DNA of 63,396 nt, the filler included, from Octopus bimaculoides (lineage: Eukaryota): NCBI RefSeq assembly GCF_001194135.2. It is 5 parts of 5 records of this genome, joined end to end, with 100 filler letters (N's around TTAATTAATTAA, not from the genome) between each part and the next. Parts side by side here need not be neighbours in the genome. Positions count along the whole stretch, not along the records: positions 31,097 to 50,283 come from NC_068995.1; positions 50,384 to 59,320 come from NC_068984.1; 3 more parts are not named here. One strand, given 5' to 3'. The notes beneath the pieces were generated by a model. The model saw only the letters and a list, made by a program, of their open reading frames with translations, was not told where the DNA came from and searched no databases. Both the position numbers and the translations under genes were made by a program. Position 1 is the first letter of the stretch. Every line of letters begins with the position of its first letter. Of the stretch, positions 40,640 to 52,882 are shown piece after piece.

Positions 40640-42750
40640 AGAGAAAAAATAATACGGAAATATAAATTAACGAAACATGATGTACCTGCGACAAAACAAC
40701 ATCTAAAGGAAGATAACCTCGTCAAAGTACAAAAAATCATTCGGTAGGAAAAGCGCCAACAATTCTTTGAACAAAATAAGCCTAAAACGATTCTACCAAG
40801 AAATTAGTAAAGATACAACTGAGATTAATGCAGCTTCAGCAGCAGGTGGAATGGAAATATTTTGGAACACAGTATGGGTGGTGAAAGAACTGCACCAGAA
40901 AGGATAAACTGAAACAAAAAACACAAGACCTGAACAACTCAGAATACTCATATCAACAGGAGAGAAGATGCAACCACTGCAAAAATTAAAGAAGTGGAAA
41001 GAACTAAAGCACAGGATGCCCAATTTCAGGTTATGTTAAATGAACTGATAACGGAGCCACACACAACATCTCAATGCCTCACTTAAGTGCAAAAAAGAAT
41101 ATCCTAATTCTCAAATCCTCTGAAACGACAAACCCGAACAACTGCAGACCAATAACATATCTCCCTACAACCTAAAACCCCAAACGATAATAACACTACT
41201 GAGGGTGAGCAAACATCTAGAAAAAAACAGCCCGTTGCCTGAAGAGAAGAGATGTTGTAAAGGCTCATGTGGCTGTAAAGACCAATTATTATCCAACCAA
41301 ACGATCGCTGAAGACTTCCAAAAGAAAAAGAAGGGTCCAAATACGGCTTGGATCAATTACCGCAAGGCTTTTGACAGCATTCCCTACACATGGATTCTGG
41401 AAACGACTGCCATGAACAAAAATAATGAAAACAAACAAAATGTGTAAAAGATGTCAGAAATAATTGTCAAACAATTCTGCAGCTCCAGACAAATGAAAGG
41501 ATTATAACTAGTAATGCCATCTTCATTAGAAGGGGAATATTGCAAGGAGACTCTCTATGTCCATTTATTGTTTTCTATTTGACATTGCTGCCTTCAACAG
41601 AACTGACAGGCTATTGAGACGTGAATGAGGGTACAACTGCTATGGTAAAACAATAACTATCCTTTGTCTACAGATGATCTTAAGCTGTATATATACTACG
41701 AATGATAAAAAACTGGAAATATTTTTGCAGACTGCATGAATGTAGCAAAAAATATATCTGAAATTCAGTTTAGAAAAATGCTCCAAGGTAACAGTGATAA
41801 AAGGAAAATTAGTTATGCACAACAATATCACATTAGATAGAGAAAATGAAATGAGAGAAGTAGACCAAACCCAGACATGCAAATACTTAGGAATCAATCA
41901 ACTACATACGACACAACACACACAAATGAAAGCGAAGATAAGGAAGAAATATAATAGACGAGTTAGATTAGTACTTAAAAGAGAATTCAATGCGAAAAAT
42001 AAGACAATAGCTATCAGTACACTAACTTCCTCATTTATAGGTTACAGACAAAAACACAAAATTAATGATGGAATTTAGAATACACTACCCTAAATCTGAC
42101 ATAGAAAGGTTATAAATGCAACAAATTGCAGGTTATGGAGGGCTTATACATCTATAGAACTACTTCATAATATTTAGTACGGGACGGCAAAAATATCAAA
42201 TCAGAAACTGGTACAAAAAGCCAAAAAGCATAAGCAAACTAAGAAAATGTTTTCAATCTTGAAAGAAGCCGAAAATATGAGAGAGATCATAACAGTTGGC
42301 AATTATGAAGGAAAGAAGAAACAACAAAAGATGTAAAGAAACTAAAATCCAAGCGAAATTGGAACTACAAAATACTATAATAACGTAATGGATAGAGAAG
42401 CCCTTACATGGCAAATACTGAGATCAGCTAAACACAAACGAAACAAAAACAGGAGAAATCTCCAAAATGGTTGCAAATCTCGAAACTCAGAGCCAGAGTA
42501 ATTTCAAGGAAATTGAATTGTGGCACATTGTCAAAGACTCCCAACACATAATGAAAAGAAATACATTAAATATCTGCAGATTGTGTAGTAATGGGGAAGA
42601 AACAATCAATTATCTTGTCTCTGGTTTCCAGTCCTGGTTAAGAAGGAATCTATTCTCAGATATAACAGTGTAAGTTGGGATCTATATACATTGGAAGCTG
42701 TTCCAGCACTGTAGAATGTAGACAGAAAAGAAAAATGGTATAACCATCAG
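40640..42750 (+). mobile_element. R4/Dong remnant B, heavily decayed, with RT and zinc-knuckle region
   Basis: AWINYRKAFDSIP..WILE, RRGILQGDSLCP, TDDLKLY, CKYLGI, RVRLVLK..FNAKNK, PKSDIERL, KPLHGKY, CRLCSNGEETINYLVSG, KWYNHQ. Confidence 0.85.
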
Positions 42751-42751
42751 C

Positions 42752-43196
42752 AAATATTCTGCTCAATACCACAGATATGCTTGTCAGTCGTTTGTCCTTA
42801 ACCAGTTAAGCATGTCCCTTGGTGGTTGAAAATATGTGCATCTCTGATCACGAACAGAAGTAGTGGGGGAGCATCATAGGCATGTTTTGAGAGGAATTAT
42901 TTGGGGTTTGGATAATTCACCTCTAAAAACATGAGTGTTTTGTCAAACATCCTTAAACAACTGTTATTCAAGGACCGTTTTGAGCGGGATGGGCCACTCG
43001 ACCTGAAGAAAACTCTAACTGGGCCCCATCTGCAAAATCATGCGCTGTTTATCTTGATATGACATCACCATGTCGCGAACTTATGGTTGTAATGCATGTG
43101 ACTGGTATCCCCTTATCGGATGGATAGTCTAGATATTAATAGGCTTCGTATATTTTACCCCAGTGTGACATTGAAGGCATGCACGGCTCTCTCACT
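42752..43196 (+). mobile_element. Non-coding (AAT)n-tailed element X (SINE-like, no tRNA head seen)
   Basis: Interrupts remnant B; ends GGCATGCACGGCTCTCTCACT-(AAT)n; its 3' part recurs at 61831-61934. Confidence 0.7.
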
Positions 43197-43197
43197 A

Positions 43198-43258
<61 letters not shown>

Positions 43259-43521
43259 NNNNNNNNNNNNNNNNNNNNNNNNNNNNNNNNNNNNNNNNNN
43301 NNNNNNNNNNNNNNNNNNNNNNNNNNNNNNNNNNNNNNNNNNNNNNNNNNNNNNNNNNNNNNNNNNNNNNNNNNNNNNNNNNNNNNNNNNNNNNNNNNNN
43401 NNNNNNNNNNNNNNNNNNNNNNNNNNNNNNNNNNNNNNNNNNNNNNNNNNNNNNNNNNNNNNNNNNNNNNNNNNNNNNNNNNNNNNNNNNNNNNNNNNNN
43501 NNNNNNNNNNNNNNNNNNNNN

Positions 43522-43896
43522 CCAGCAGATGACAACGTTTCTCTAAAAGAAATGGAAAAACTTTCAAAATACAAAGACCTGGAAATAGAGATAACTCGAA
43601 TGTGGAATCTAAAAACAGAAACAATTCCTATCATAGTAGGTGCCTTAGGTATAATAAAAAAATATTCAGACAAATACATAACAAAAACACCAGGACTTAC
43701 AAATATATATAACATACAGAAAATTGCACTACTGGGTACTGCACACATTTACGCAAAACACTTTCAATACAGTAAACATAAGAGCACCACAGCAAACCAC
43801 AGCACATACCCAAGGCGCACAGAGCTGCGCTCGGTAGTGAAGTGAAAGCACGTTATAAAAATAAAACTACTGAATAATAATAATAATAATAATAAT
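43522..43896 (+). mobile_element. Young R4/Dong 3' end C (RLE endonuclease C-terminus, 3' UTR, AAT tail)
   Basis: PADDNVSLKEMEKLSKYKDLEIEITRMWNLKTETIPIIVGALG...QKIALLGTAHI; 3' UTR hairpin GCGCA-CAGAGC-TGCGC; 212 bp differ from 61965-62177 by 4 substitutions and 1 indel. Confidence 0.9.
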
Positions 43897-44348
43897 TCTT
43901 TTCTTTATCCACCTATTTTCAATTTCATTTATTCTCAATTGCTTGTACAGGGCTTTATCTTTGCAATCTTCCATTCTAAACAAGCCCGACCTTCGTATTT
44001 CCAATAATGCTGATTCTTTGGTATATTTTACATACCATGCTATGTTGTTTTCTTCTAATGTAATGCTGTGCTCGCACCCATTCTGTCCTCTGCCCTCTCT
44101 TTGTTTTTGGTACATTCAATCTGTCTATGTCACTTTTTGGGTGGAGTCAGCAGCTTTCTCTTTCTTTCTACGCTGTTTAGTTCGTCTACTGTCCATGTGA
44201 TTCCGCATGCACCGATCTAAGCTGTGACACTACCCACGTGTTGATAGCCTCAATCTTATTCCGTCTATTTAATTTCGACTTAAGGATCAGTCCGAGTCTG
44301 CGCAATTACTCCACCTTAAATTTTTCTGTCATTTCTTTCTCCATCAAT
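43897..44348 (-). mobile_element. R4/Dong element D, inverted 5' segment
   Basis: MEKEMTEKFKVE*LRRLGLILKSKLN.RNKIEAINTW...HPKSDIDRL...EENNIAWYVK...RWIKKR. Confidence 0.85.
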
Positions 44349-45031
44349 TTCATAGGGATGGTGAAGATAATACAGACGGAGAAAAAAAGATGGCTATGGA
44401 TGACTAAAAGTATAAAAAGATTTAAAACCGGAAACAGAGGCGCTAATCTGTGCTGCACAAGAGTAAGCATTAAGAACGAATTACATCAAATACAGAATAG
44501 ACAACACATCAGAATGTGATAAGTGCAGAATTTGCAGGCAAAATGATGAAACCGTATGAGATATTACCAGTCAATGCACACCACTCTCCCAGAAAGAATA
44601 TAAGAAAAGTCAGGACAACATAGCAAGGATTGTCCATTGGACATTTTGCAACAAGTATGGACTTGACAGAGTCAAAAGGTTATTCGAACATAAACACGAG
44701 GGCATCATCAAACATGATAATGCAAAGATTCTATGGGATTTTATGATTCAGTCCAGCCATGAGGTAAAGAATAGGAAACCAGGCATAGTGTTAATTGAGA
44801 AAAGAAGGAAAAGATGCTGGATCATAAATGTCGAATGCTTGGCTGACAAGAAGGTATGCACGCGATAAGGAAGAAAGTAAAGTGGATAGATATGACAGGT
44901 TAGCTTGGGGGGCGGGGTAGCAGTAATGTTCCCTGAAAAAGGTAGTCGTAGTAGTAGTACCAATAATGGTCGAAACTCTGGGAACAGCGAGCAAAAATCT
45001 TGAGAAGTACATGGAACAAGTAGGGGCTTCA
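44343..45031 (+). mobile_element. R4/Dong element D, non-inverted 3' segment (extreme 3' end missing)
   Basis: QFHRD...DLKPETEALICAAQE*ALRTNY...KCRICRQNDETV...KILWDFMIQ...RKPGIV...VVVPIMV..LGT.SKNLEKYMEQVGAS. Confidence 0.85.
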
Positions 45032-45107
<76 letters not shown>

Positions 45108-45119
45108 GTATTGTTGTTG

Positions 45120-45196
<77 letters not shown>

Positions 45197-45301
45197 GATA
45201 TTATGATTATCATTATCATCATTATTATTATTTTTAGTAGCAGTAGTAGTAGTAGTAGTAGTAGGTCGGGGAGGTGGAGGTGGAACTGTAGTTGTAAAAT
45301 A

Positions 45302-45353
<52 letters not shown>

Positions 45354-45359
45354 ATCATC

Positions 45360-45391
<32 letters not shown>

Positions 45392-45620
45392 TATTATTAT
45401 TATTGTTACTATTATTATTATTATTATTATTATAATAATAATAATAATAATAATAATAGTAATAATAATAATTATTATTATTATAATTATAATAATAATA
45501 ATGATGATGATGATGATGACAAGACGAAGAAGAAGAAGAAGAAGAAGAAGAAGAAGAAGAAGAAGAAGAAGAAGAAGAAGAAGAAGAAGAAGAAGAAGAA
45601 GAAGAAGAAGAAGAAGAAGA
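45032..45620. repeat. Compound trinucleotide microsatellite: (ATT)-(AGT)-(ACT)-(AAT/ATT)-(GAT)-(GAA)
   Basis: Direct reading. Confidence 0.95.
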
Positions 45621-46526
45621 AAATGAAGATTTTATTATAAATATAATTATTATCATCATTTACATCTACGTCATTATATTTATACGTATCTAACAATAGG
45701 CATTTCCATGGCGCTAAATTTATAGAAAAATGTACATGCTATATAGAAAATCAATGGTACGTCGGAAAGCATTATATAATACATCAGATGATATGAAGAG
45801 AGATGGTGCATGAATGATGTCAGCTAAACCATGAAAGGAAACATTCCTGTAGGAACACGAAAGTTACTAAAAGAACCAACGGATTGTAATTAGATCGAAC
45901 GGCAATAATCTAAGACAAATGCTTCAGAACTAACTTTAATTACATTGCCATTTCATGTTAAGATGCTTCATTCTCTTAAAATAACTTAATTGGATATAAC
46001 AATTGTTGATCAATGTAGTAGAATAGTAAAATGAACGAAACACCTGATAGGAAAAAGACTTTTGTGTATAATTCTGATTGCTTCAGGCATTTTCTAGCTT
46101 GATTTCGCTTGGATTCAGATGTTAAAATCTTGCCTGATATATAATCGATAATATTCAATAAACCGGTCTGTGTAATTATGTTAGAATTGGTCTATAATCC
46201 AATTGATGCCAGCAGAGAAAGAGGAAAAAGTAGAGAATTATTGATGTAATAGTTGCTAAGGTAAGTATGGAGGATAGATGGACGTAAAATAAGTGATATT
46301 TTCTAAGAGTAATATTTTCTTAATTGAGTTGCAATTTCGTATCAGAAATGTTTAATTAAAGTAGTTTAGTGAGATACAATTTGCCCAACATTCTATCAGC
46401 ACATATATATTTTTCTTCCTTTTTATCTATTTAGACACTCTTATACACGCACACACATCAGCATATACTTATACTATATGTACATATATATGTACATATA
46501 TATGTGTATATGTATATGTACATATA

Positions 46527-46579
<53 letters not shown>

Positions 46580-47757
46580 GAATAGGTAGATAGATAGGTT
46601 GATCGATATATGTGCATACATGTATGTATTTATCAACACACACATATATTTATACTTTCATATGTGTGTGTATGTGTGTGTGTGTGTGTATGTGCGTGCG
46701 TGTGTGTAACGTACAGATATATGTATACGTGCTCGTAAGTTTTGCCATTTCTCTTTGCGTCTTCTATTAGGTTGACTGAGTCAGCTTCTAAAGTACTAGT
46801 GTTTCCGTTTACTGCATTTTTGCTAAACGTGAGAGATATCACTTAAATTGTTTATTTTACTGACACCGCTACCGCATTCTATTAAAGCTGCATATTTTAA
46901 TTTCGTTTCCTATAATCACTAAAGACGCTCCTTACACTCTCGATACTATAAAACATCTACTTAACTAATACTCGAAACATGTCATTCCTGTGTTGATTAA
47001 ACATACTACGAATCAGCCCTCTGACCAATCAACTGTATCTTATACTACCAATTAACCTAATGAAAATTCTATCTATTCATGGCATGTTTACCGCACCATC
47101 GTTTTTGCAATTTCTCATTCATGTTACGATAAAACGAAACACAACCAAATCACATGTTGCATACGTTCCAGTCTCAGCCGAACTACCATTTCGTGCTAGG
47201 TACCGTCTGCTTACTTCTGAATCTGTAAATGTTCAAAATTTTGCTCCCAATCACTCGAACATGGCTAGCCGAAAGAGGCGTATACTCGGTAGCCAACGAA
47301 GGGCATTTTGAAATTGTTGGTCATCGTTATTAATGCTGCGGTATCTTGATTTTGTGACCTGATCATTCAGCATATGTCACCTCTCTCACACGTAGTGTCA
47401 GAACACACACATTTATAGGCCATGTTAGCTTGCGAAATAGTAAGAAAAAACAATCTTCTTTTGGCAGTTCGTAGCCCTAAAAATAAAAATGACATGGAGA
47501 GCTCCGTCATTTCTCTCTCAGTAAATGCCTAGTCTCATCACTTTCAGAAGTTTACTCTTGTCTTCTTCGTTTCGGCAGAATTTCTTTATGTGCATCATCT
47601 TTTGTAAATAGTATGATTGTTATGATTGTGCATTTTGAATGGCGTACTTCAAAATATATGTGAGTTAAGAAGGATGAAAATATGCTGCTATTTTTGCTGG
47701 TGTTGTTGATGTTAACATTGTTGCTGCTGTGCCTTTTGCTTTTGTATGTATGTATAG

Positions 47758-48734
47758 GGGTCTAATGCTCTTAACTTAGACTTTTTTGGGGTCAACCAGA
47801 TTGAACCATCTCAAGTATAATTGCCCGAAATGGTTGTGACGTCTGGCACTTGACTGAGGAAAGAAGGCCACGAATGACACGTATCTTTTTGCCTATCCTT
47901 CTAATTGTTGTCTCTCTTGTCCACCTTTGTACGTCTATCTGCCTGAATGTTTCTATTGTCCTCTATTGCGTTTGTGTTCCATTTTTATACTTATATATAC
48001 ATATAGCGGCGTACGTACACGCTTGCGCTCACCTTATATTAGGTATTATCTACATTTTTTACGACTCTTACTCTATCTTTTAGTCCCCCTCTCACTTTCT
48101 TACGATTTTCTTTTTCTCGCTCCCTTCTCTCACATATGTTAGCTCTCTCTTTCTTTAATTCCTACTATTACGCACTCATTTATCTCCCTTGTACCTTTCT
48201 CTTTGTGTTTAAAGTTTTTCTATTTCTTCAATGCCGCTGCCTCCAACCCATCTCTCCTCCATCCACATGACCTGTGTCCGGCCAGCCATAATCTTTCTTT
48301 CTTGGCCTGACCGCCGACCGGCGACTGCCAAAGCCTCTTATGTCTATCCCCTATTTTCCTACCGTTAGAAATTCACTTCATACACGCCAGCTCAATTTGA
48401 TTCGTTCTCAATCGAAAGACGCCTATTGTTATTTCTTGTTGTTTGTATTCGTTATTGTTCTCCGTTTTTTTATTTGTCTGTGTTGTCGTACACATTCACT
48501 AGCTTTCTTACAAATGGGTCTAATGCTCTTAGCTTTTGGGGGGCAACCATACCGAACCATCTCAAGTGCAACTGCCCGAAATGGTTGTGACGTCTGGCAC
48601 TTGACTAAGGAAAGAAGGCCACGAATGGCACGTATCTTTTTGCCTGTCCTTCTAATTGTTGTCTCTCTTGTCCGCCTTAGTGTTGTCTATCTGTCCGAAT
48701 GTTTTTGTTGTCCTCTATTGCGTTTTTGTTCCAT
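47758..48734. mobile_element. ~980-bp unit bracketed by ~220-bp direct repeats (47758-47982 and 48516-48734)
   Basis: Both repeats start GGGTCTAATGCTCTTA and end TTGCGTTT(G/T)TGTTCCAT; high but imperfect identity; no TG..CA termini or TSD seen. Confidence 0.65.
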
Positions 48735-50383
48735 ACATACACACAAACAGACACACACACAAACACACGCACATACACAGATATATCTGTATCTATCTGT
48801 CTATTTAACTATCTGTATATATATATATATATTGTGTATATTGTTGTTATTGCTCGTATTTACTCTCTTTGAAAACGTTTCAGTTGTTGTTACTAACCGG
48901 TTGATTGACATGTAATTCTTCCTTGCACTAAATATATAACGAAATGTATAAATAATAAATACATCATATAATACAATATGTGGTATTGTTAGTTGTTTAC
49001 AGATGTCCTAACTGTATTTTCTGCCCTTTGTCATCTTTATTTGTGTTGGTTGAAGGTGCCAAATCTCTGGCTGAAATTCTTTCTGTGTCTCCTCTTGAAG
49101 GCACCCTTGTTCGAGTTTCATACTGCAGTAGCTGAACGCTCAAGCTAACGTGTATTTTATAAAGTCTGCAAGTGACGTGCAGATAAGTGACGTGCAAGCA
49201 GGTAAGGTAATTTGACAGTATCTGGTCTCTCGCAAGAGTAGCATCTATGATTCCTACCAGAATGTCTCCAATCGTTCGAGACAGAATAGTTCGAGAAAAT
49301 CACTTACATTTTAAGGTGCAATACAGTGTTATTATTATTTAGATTATATAAAGAAAAAAAATCACTTTATTACCATCTATTCTCTTACTGGAATTGTTCA
49401 TTCCACTTGAAGCACGCTGAAGAAAAGTCTTGAGTTTATTTTACTGTGTGTGTGTGTNNNNNNNNNNTGTGTGTGTGTGTGTGTGTGTGTCAATGTGTAT
49501 GTGTATGTATGAGTTTGTGGGTGTGTGCTTGTGTGGGTGTATGAGTGTATATGTCTGTGTGTGTATATCTGAGCACATTGTATTGATTGCCCACTGTATA
49601 TATAAGCAAGTTTCATCCACAAGTCACGAGATAACTAGAGGCTTATACTGTAGAACACCTTTACCCAAAGTTTCCGGCAATGCACTCAGACTTAGTATTG
49701 CAAGGTAGCGAATCATTCCGGCAAAGACATTTGTTGTAAATAATATTTTCTGAAATAAATCTTCCGAGTGATACCTTAATGAGGGCTCAAGCAATCTATG
49801 AAATTTCAGATATTAAATTCTATAAACTTCAGATAACGCCAAAATACTATTTGCTTTAGTCAACACCAACTTCTTATTCATGCGCACACCTCTCGGTACT
49901 GATCACAACTATATCAAACCACATATGAATTGAACAAAATCAGTGAAGGAAAGTAGACGGGTAAAAGTTTGAGGTACAATGTTAAAAGAGCAGATAGAAG
50001 TTAGTTCAATGTTTGGATTCAGTAAAAAGAAGAAGTTGAAAATACACTAGAGCTTAGATCGAAAGACTCGAAATTTTTAACCTTATAAATCACAATTATT
50101 TAAGTTAACTGTCTCACACATGCTCACTTGAAATGAAAAGTCATAAAAAAAAAAACGTATTGTAGAAATATGTCGAAGGAAAACAAGCTACCATACAAAT
50201 TTTCAATATGGAAACGATTTCAATACAAATACATCTAAATATATCTATATAAATTTATATATAAATAAATATATATATATATANNNNNNNNNNNNNNNNN
50301 NNNNNNNNNNNNNNNNNNNNNNNNNNNTTAATTAATTAANNNNNNNNNNNNNNNNNNNNNNNNNNNNNNNNNNNNNNNNNNNN

Positions 50384-51634
50384 TTCATATGAAATGTGTT
50401 TGAAAGGAAGCAATAACAATAAAATGTTTCAGAAGTGTTAGAGAGCTGATTTATTTAATCAAAGTGTGATCCATGTTTATTCATGACATTTACCCAACGT
50501 TTCTCTATGTCATATATTCAATCTTTAAAAAAGAATCAACTTTTACTGTCATAAACTAGCCGAATCCTTCAATTTCCTCTTCTCTATTTAAGAATTTTTT
50601 TATTGCTTTTGAAAAGCTCAGAATGCTTCAATAAGTGACGATCAGTAATAGAGATATTAAGGGAATAGGGAGGATATTGCAAAATCTCATAATTCAGACT
50701 TCGCAACATTTGGACCGTAGTTTGATGAATGTGAGCATGTGCATTGTCGCGGAGCAAAATTGGGCCATCTCTATTCACTAGTCTGGGTTGCTTCTTTTTC
50801 AAATTCTTATGCATACAATCAATTTCCTGGCAAAACGATGTTGCTGTTACCGTTTTTCTTTGCTGCAAAAATGGATAATGAATACCTCCCTTCGCAGACC
50901 ACCATACAGTGACCATTAAGTTTTCAGGGTGCAATTGTGGGTTTGGGTAGTGTTTAGGTGACTCTCCTGCATCTAATCACTGTCCTGATCTACTGTTGAC
51001 AAAGAGTATACATTTCTCATCACAAGTAATGATTTGATGCAAAAATGGTCTTTTTTCCAGTCGAGAAAGCAATAAGGAACACACTTCGAGGTGTCTGATT
51101 TTAAAAATTTCATTCAGTTGTTGTCGAACAAACCTATCCGTTTTCTTGAGTTTTCCAATTTTTTACAGGTTTCCAAAAACAGTTGTGCAAGATGTTTGGA
51201 GTTCTGATGAAAGTTTACGAACCTTTGTTCTCGGATTTTGTTCAACCAAGGCATTTAATCCATCATGCCGAATAACTGGTTTTCGCCTACCACTTGGTTT
51301 ATTTTCAAGGCCACCATTTCCTAAACGAAAGCGTTAAAACCATCTCTGAATAGTTCTGATCTCAACAAAACCATTACCAAAGGCCCGCTTGATATTCTGT
51401 TGAGCTTCTGCGGCAGAGTGACCCAGTTTGTACTCATACGGGAAAATCACTCAACATAGTTTGGCTGTAATCATTTTTCATTTTCATAAGGTCTGTGGGT
51501 ACATATTTTGTATACCAATATTGTTGGGAAAGAAAAAGAGTGAAGATTAAATACAAGGTTATATATAATTGAGTTTTTAAATGACGGAAATAACAAGTAA
51601 TTCAAAATGCGACATTTCATGTGAAACAACCTCA
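50384..51634 (-). mobile_element. Defective mariner (DD34D) transposon
   Basis: YEYKLGHSAAEA...IQRWF, ITCDEK, MVTVWWS..G.IHY.FL, GPILLRDNAHAH-34 aa spacing-YPPYSLNISITD. The right TIR ends GTGAAACAACCTCA-TA; the left TIR is partly in a gap. Confidence 0.88.
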
Positions 51635-51654
51635 TATATATGTATATAGACAGA

Positions 51655-51695
51655 CAGATAAATAGATAGATAGGTAGATAGACAGACAGATAGAG

Positions 51696-51746
<51 letters not shown>

Positions 51747-51747
51747 C

Positions 51748-51820
<73 letters not shown>
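51655..51820. repeat. (GATA)n microsatellite
   Basis: Direct reading; another tract at 60117-60263. Confidence 0.95.
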
Positions 51821-52374
51821 TATTGCGATTAGAGAGAATTTTACAGCTGATTTTAACTGCTACTAATGGTATATGGTGGTTTCTATTCTCATTTCATTCA
51901 TATATCTGTATTTGCGCTATTGTCTTTGAATTATCTAGCTCAACGTAAGTTTTTGTTCAGTAAACGAGGAAGCCTTAGAGTGCTAGACTCTTTAGCATAT
52001 ATTATTAGTCTGATTCTCACTTCTTCTGAGTCTAAGTCTACTTCAGTAACTTTTACCTATTTCGCCAATATATTATGAACCAAGGTTAGTTCAATCGATT
52101 ACACTCCTTCAGTTCATATTTTATTTCATATCGATGTGCTGATATGAAGAATATTCTAACAAGTAAGATGAAGAGGAGAAATCTATATAGACATGAATTT
52201 GCTGTTTCAATACTGTTTTCAAATACTCATGTATGAGTAGATAACTTATCAATATTCTACGAATATCTTTCATATTAGATGAATATGTTGCTTCAATATA
52301 AACAACGAATGCGTTTGAACAACTTTGAAGCGTTCCGAATATAGAAGCTTAACTGATGTCTGACCACCATTTGC

Positions 52375-52517
52375 CGACAACCAAATGATGAAAGGCAACC
52401 GAAATGATGAAAGGCAAAGTCGCCCTCAGCGGAATTAGAACTCAGAACGTAAAGACGGGCAAAATGCCGCTAAGCATCTTCCTTAACGTGTTAATGATTC
52501 TGCCAGCTCACCGCCTT
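52375..52517 (-). mobile_element. SINE family 2, head and domain
   Basis: GATGAAAGGCAAAGTCGCCCTCAGCGGAATTAGAACTCAGAACG...TCTGCCAGCTCACCGCCTT, with a short internal duplication. Confidence 0.8.
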
Positions 52518-52625
52518 TATCTCTCTATCAACCTTGATAACATTAACTAACGCTTTTCTACCGCTGTCTGCACTCTGTTATTGAGACAAATATTAATAAT
52601 CTAATACTTGTTTTAGTTGTGAGGG

Positions 52626-52691
52626 CTCCACACTCTTAAATGGCAGAGAACTCCACATTCTTAAATGGCAAAGAACTCCACATTCTTAAAT
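52626..52691. repeat. 25-bp tandem repeat x2.6
   Basis: CTCCACA(C/T)TCTTAAATGGCA(G/A)AGAA. Confidence 0.85.
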
Positions 52692-52842
52692 ATTAAATGA
52701 GGACATTCGATAATGATGGTCTAAATACATTGCTTGGAGAATAGAATTTAGGAGATCGTTATTGGTTCACATTTGATCACATTGTTACTAAGTTTTGACT
52801 GCTTAATAATAACGCAAGCCGCTATCGTAAGCTATGCGCGTT

Positions 52843-52882
52843 TGGTATCGATGCAATGGTATCGATGCAATGGTATCGATGC
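52843..52882. repeat. 14-bp tandem repeat x2.9
   Basis: TGGTATCGATGCAA. Confidence 0.9.

Noticed and set aside
40640-43896. Remnant B and 3' end C as one LINE split by element X
   Set aside because: They are collinear, but B is riddled with frameshifts while C is nearly identical to another copy, so they are more likely separate insertions; the 263-N gap prevents certainty
47850-48915. Two ORFs with signal-peptide-like ERRPRM.RIFLP.LLIVVSLV
   Set aside because: Both are the same direct repeat read in frame; the hydrophobicity comes from T-rich sequence
48997-49201. Protein-like minus-strand frames and a plus-strand AAG...CAG|GTAAGG segment
   Set aside because: The minus acceptor is weak and there is no good donor; the plus segment has stops in all three frames
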